A DNA stretch of 64,000 nt from Macrostomum hystrix (Eukaryota; Animalia; Platyhelminthes), in contig CATNEN010000001.1 of assembly GCA_950097015.1 (NCBI GenBank), forward strand, positions 5,332,001 through 5,396,000, written 5' to 3'. How positions within the stretch are numbered: the first letter of the stretch is position 1; each line of letters begins with the position of its first letter. This document shows, in pieces, positions 60,241 to 64,000 of this stretch. Below the pieces are notes generated by a model. It saw nothing but the letters and a program-made list of their open reading frames with translations. It was not told the origin of the DNA and did no database searches. The translations under genes and the position numbers were made by a program.

Positions 60241-61329
60241 TCACAATCGACTTTCAGCAGAATGATGCCGAGCGTGAGGGTCGCGTTCGTGTGTTTCAAT
60301 GTCCTCCTCGTTGTAATTGCAATCAGCAATGCTAGTAGCTGGACAGTTCTCGAAGTCGATGCAATCGCAGTCACGAAGGCCAATCGAAGCTGACATTCCG
60401 GCAACTTCGTCGGCGGTGGCAGTCACGACAATCAGGGAGCCCTTAGATAATATTTCGTCGCCGCTAGGAGCCACTGCGTTATCGCTGATACCGGTGCGGC
60501 TGCCGTTCATTCCATTGCGTCTTCTGCGAAATGCTGCATTCAGTAGAGTCCCAGCAACCAGCATGGCAACAATTGACAGTGCTATTGTCAAGGCCCACAC
60601 TATTGCGCATACAATGCGACTGACGGCACCAGCGTCTGTCCCAGAAACTGACAGTCCTCTGGCAGGTGGTCGTTTCTGCTGATTAACTACTGCCGATTCT
60701 CTCGAAGAAGCTAGTTTGTTGTCGGCTTTTATATCTTCAGATGATAAAGAACGGCTGCAGACAACGAACACTCGACTGTACTCTGATTCGGACGGTGCAC
60801 AGAGAATGCCCTGGCCTTCAGGAATGCTAGTCGCGGGCCGAAAGGTTGTGCCTTGCAGAGTTAGGCAAATCGGATCCGAACGCGGTCGCCACTGGTCGAA
60901 AATGTTTGATGTCTGGACAAGTAGGCAAACGGCCAGTCTCTCATTCGGTTTATCACTGCGATGGGCTTCAAACAAGGTTTTCCGCAGCGGCTGCTGCAGG
61001 CGCGTCTCCAATTCTAGCTGAGCTCCGTCAGGGTCAATAACGCTGGACCCTTCGGTGGGTCCGGCAACCCGGAGAATATCGTCGTATCCTGCAACCTGAC
61101 ACTTGGACTGCAAGAGCAGCAAGCACTGGTTCAGCTGCATCAGTGTGAGCTGTTGACCAGCTGAGGAGGGTTCAGAATCCACCTGTCCGCTAACAGGTAG
61201 AGATGTCAGCTCTAGATTGCTGTAGCGAAATCTCGGCAAGGCTTGATGCTGTTGGGCCAATGATGCAGCAGTGGCTGTGACGAGAAATAGCGCCGATAAC
61301 AGCATAAGAAGACGAAATCTTGATGACAT
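60241..61329 (-). CDS. Intronless uncharacterised type-I membrane protein (362 aa)
   Basis: ATG-initiated ORF with signal peptide (MSSRFRLLMLLSALFLVTATAASLA), Cys-containing ectodomain, TM IVCAIVWALTIALSIVAMLVAGTLL followed by stop-transfer RRRR, C-terminal SRL. Confidence 0.75.
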   Translation of the reverse strand: MSSRFRLLMLLSALFLVTATAASLAQQHQALPRFRYSNLELTSLPVSGQVDSEPSSAGQQLTLMQLNQCLLLLQSKCQVAGYDDILRVAGPTEGSSVIDPDGAQLELETRLQQPLRKTLFEAHRSDKPNERLAVCLLVQTSNIFDQWRPRSDPICLTLQGTTFRPATSIPEGQGILCAPSESEYSRVFVVCSRSLSSEDIKADNKLASSRESAVVNQQKRPPARGLSVSGTDAGAVSRIVCAIVWALTIALSIVAMLVAGTLLNAAFRRRRNGMNGSRTGISDNAVAPSGDEILSKGSLIVVTATADEVAGMSASIGLRDCDCIDFENCPATSIADCNYNEEDIETHERDPHARHHSAESRL

Positions 61330-62149
61330 TTCGAAGCAATAACGTGTTTATTTTAGAATCCAGAGTTCAGCTAGTGCTGCAGATTAATCCTTCTAGCGTG
61401 TATCAATCAGTGCAGCGGCGGTGACTGTCGTCGGGAGATGGTCTGGGTAGAGCAAAAGCGTCGGATTCTTTATGATTCCCTGGCGTGGCCATCTGACACC
61501 TTCGCAGTTTCGCCTCTCCGCATTGGGAGAGAGGTTGTAAATGAGCTGCGTCCTGCTTTAGATAAAAAGAGGAGACAGTAACTATGAGCGATCAAATAAT
61601 TCTTTCTCGGCAGTGATAAAGATAAAGACAATGAAGTGTGACCACAAAGGTAGGACGCCTGTGATCTGTGTGTGCGTGTGTATCAGGTGTTGGGAAACTG
61701 TGCACGAATAAAATCATGGCAATTTTTCAGCGACACAGACTAGGCTGCTGAGGTTGAGCGCGTAAAATTCCCCTACCGCTTCCTTCCAATGGCTAAACAG
61801 AGACCTGGCTATCTTACTCCGCCCAGCCTACCACCCCACGGGGTTCCATTGGGAGTGGGAAATCTTAATCCACCGCTTGACTACCTTATTCATCAGCCTT
61901 TTCTCTCTCTCTCCCTCTCAATCTATAATACTTTTTTTCACATCGCCAAACCTCGCACGATTGGACCTAGGCCGTGAGGGACTTGAATTTAGACTTTTTG
62001 GAAGTTGAAGGCTGCAGGCTACTGTGAGATTGACCGAAGGACGCGTTTGTGGAAGAGAGGACCCGCGGAGGCCGATGAAATTAAACAGGACCGCCTGGTG
62101 AACTGGGAGAGAGAAAAAATAAAGAAAGAATCCAGGAGGAGGAAGAGGC

Positions 62150-62600
62150 GGGTGTCAGTTGACGAGGAGTCCGTGAGCTTCCGGTTCACTGGTCACTATT
62201 CTTTGTGTCTGCCCCCTGTCCCAATGAATCTTCGTATGGAGCGTTCCATGAGTCCAAACCCCCCGGCACAAAGTCTCCGCCCCTTCCTTCCTTCCTACCT
62301 GTACTTTCTAGCAACCCCAATCTGGTCACAATGCTTCAATCTTGCCGCCCGTTCGTATAAAGTTTGACGCAAACCGTTTTTTCAATAGTTTCATCGGCAA
62401 AAAGCGGAAGAGTGCAATGGGGAGTGGCGATGGGTGGTGCGCTCGCGTTCCGCAAGATCCCAGGTCTAACCTATGCTTTTCTCTAGTCTCGCATCTCTTT
62501 GCTTTATGGTTATAGTACTCAGCACCACCATAGCTCCATAAAGCGTGCGCACACACAATAAGAAACGTACAGGAGACACACCGGAGTCCTATGCTCATCA
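62150..62600 (-). pseudogene. Possible degenerate Merlin/ISXO2-like transposase fragment
   Basis: Across frameshifts: Cys-containing segment (CVCARFMEL), GGKIEA, then IGVARKYR*EGRKGRRL..GFGLMERS, resembling the KY.RGR....WVFG..ER motif; stops and frameshifts present; no TIRs found. Confidence 0.3.
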
Positions 62601-64000
62601 ACCAATATCGCCACGGGCTTCAAGCGATGTGCTACTGTTTTATTTTGGCAACTGTAGTCTATACTATCCCAGAGGTTAGTATAGGGGGCAGAGAGAACGA
62701 TTGGGCCATGCTGTGTATTGAATGAGTATCTATATCCAGCCGCCCCATCGCGTGAGGAAATATCGACGAACTCGTAGTCGGCCTCGTTGGTTACTTTCGC
62801 ATGCAAGGCACGCGATTGATGAAGCGACGTGCTGCTGGAAACGACCAGTCTCGTTTTCTGAAAATGCAAAGAATGATTTTTCTGACCGTTTTTCCATGGG
62901 AAAACTACACTAAGTTAGTGTGGACTATATGATTCACGTGTCCAAGATTTTGTTGAAAATAGCAAAGTACGACTAAAAATCTCGTATGCTTAGAGAGTTT
63001 AAATTCAAAGTTTTAAATGCCAAACATTGCGAGGAATTCGCATTCGAGTATTTGTTCCTGTCAAGCACAACAGAGGAAAAAGTTTTCTCACGAAACTAAA
63101 ACCGGGAAACGTATAAACTTCTTGAATTGAAAAAACGATGAAAAACCGGCTTTCTTTTTAACTTTGTTGAAAATCCTTCTGATGTTTTTTAACCTTGCTT
63201 CAATCGCGATACTACTCACAGTAGAACCTTTTTTTCGCGCCTCGCGCCTTCGTATGCGTCCATTCTGTAGACTTGGTATCATTTCGAAGGGGGTTTTCGG
63301 GGTCTACGAACGAAGCTTGATTGCTGCACGCCTTGATTGTCTATGGCCAGGAGCTAATTCTGTCGCTCTGTGAACGACATCTGTGGCCGTAAACTTGCAA
63401 AGCGCTTATTTTTCCAGCAATAGAACAGACTTAGGCTGGCCATACTTCTGTCTCTACTATCAATAGGCATCAATATCTAGGCGCCCCCACTTACCATTTC
63501 CAACTGTCTGATTTGGACCATAGACATTTCAAGCGTGCACCAATGCATGATTATTGCATGCAGACGCTTGAAATAAGCTATTTTTGGTAACCTTCATTAC
63601 TGCACACCAAACATGTCTATGGTCGAAACGTTCCAAAATGATACAATGCCAGTGATAAATGGCTATGAGTGCACGAATGCATAAGAAAATATATCTTTAG
63701 ATGATAATATAAAATGTATACACCCGTTAATGTCAAAACTCATTTATATTGAACTCAAAAAAGTAGGGAAAACTGCCATCTTCTGCTGTAAGCTGAGCTT
63801 AAGGTGAGCCACAATAACCTTCGCAGTGGTTTTATGCAATGCAAATTAAAAAATGAGCGATTTGTCGAAATAAAATATTAGATTAACAGGAACTGCATGC
63901 AGTTACACTCCAAAATAAACTACAACTAATTGAAATTGAAAACTGCAAATAAGAAAACTAAAATATCATGCAACTGTCTTGGTAAAACTGTTACTATAAA

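Overview
Eukaryotic (invertebrate, intron-rich, minisatellite-laden) genomic DNA. The composition suggests a free-living flatworm such as Macrostomum, but that is inference only. All recognisable genes lie on the minus strand. From left to right: (1) the 5' part of a talin gene (14 coding exons, 782-23970, continuing past the left edge), most of whose introns contain their own private minisatellite; (2) a small, heavily deleted Gypsy LTR element upstream of the talin start codon; (3) a complete ~1940-aa Cad87A/CDH23-like cadherin (29699-47738) with apparent alternative terminal exons ending in two different PDZ-type motifs and a furin-like RVRR site; (4) a low-complexity ORF; (5) a membrane guanylyl cyclase with a bacterial-type NIT (nitrate/nitrite-sensing) domain; (6) an intronless orphan type-I membrane protein. 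Interspersed are two tRNA-derived SINE families, a long-TIR mariner derivative, a MITE and a possible Merlin remnant. Most long ORFs in the supplied track (17.9-23.7 kb, 46-47.6 kb, 52.4-53.1 kb, 10.1-11 kb) are artefacts of tandem repeats. Exon models were built by hand from GT-AG sites and reading-phase continuity, and family assignments rest on recalled motifs; no searches were run.
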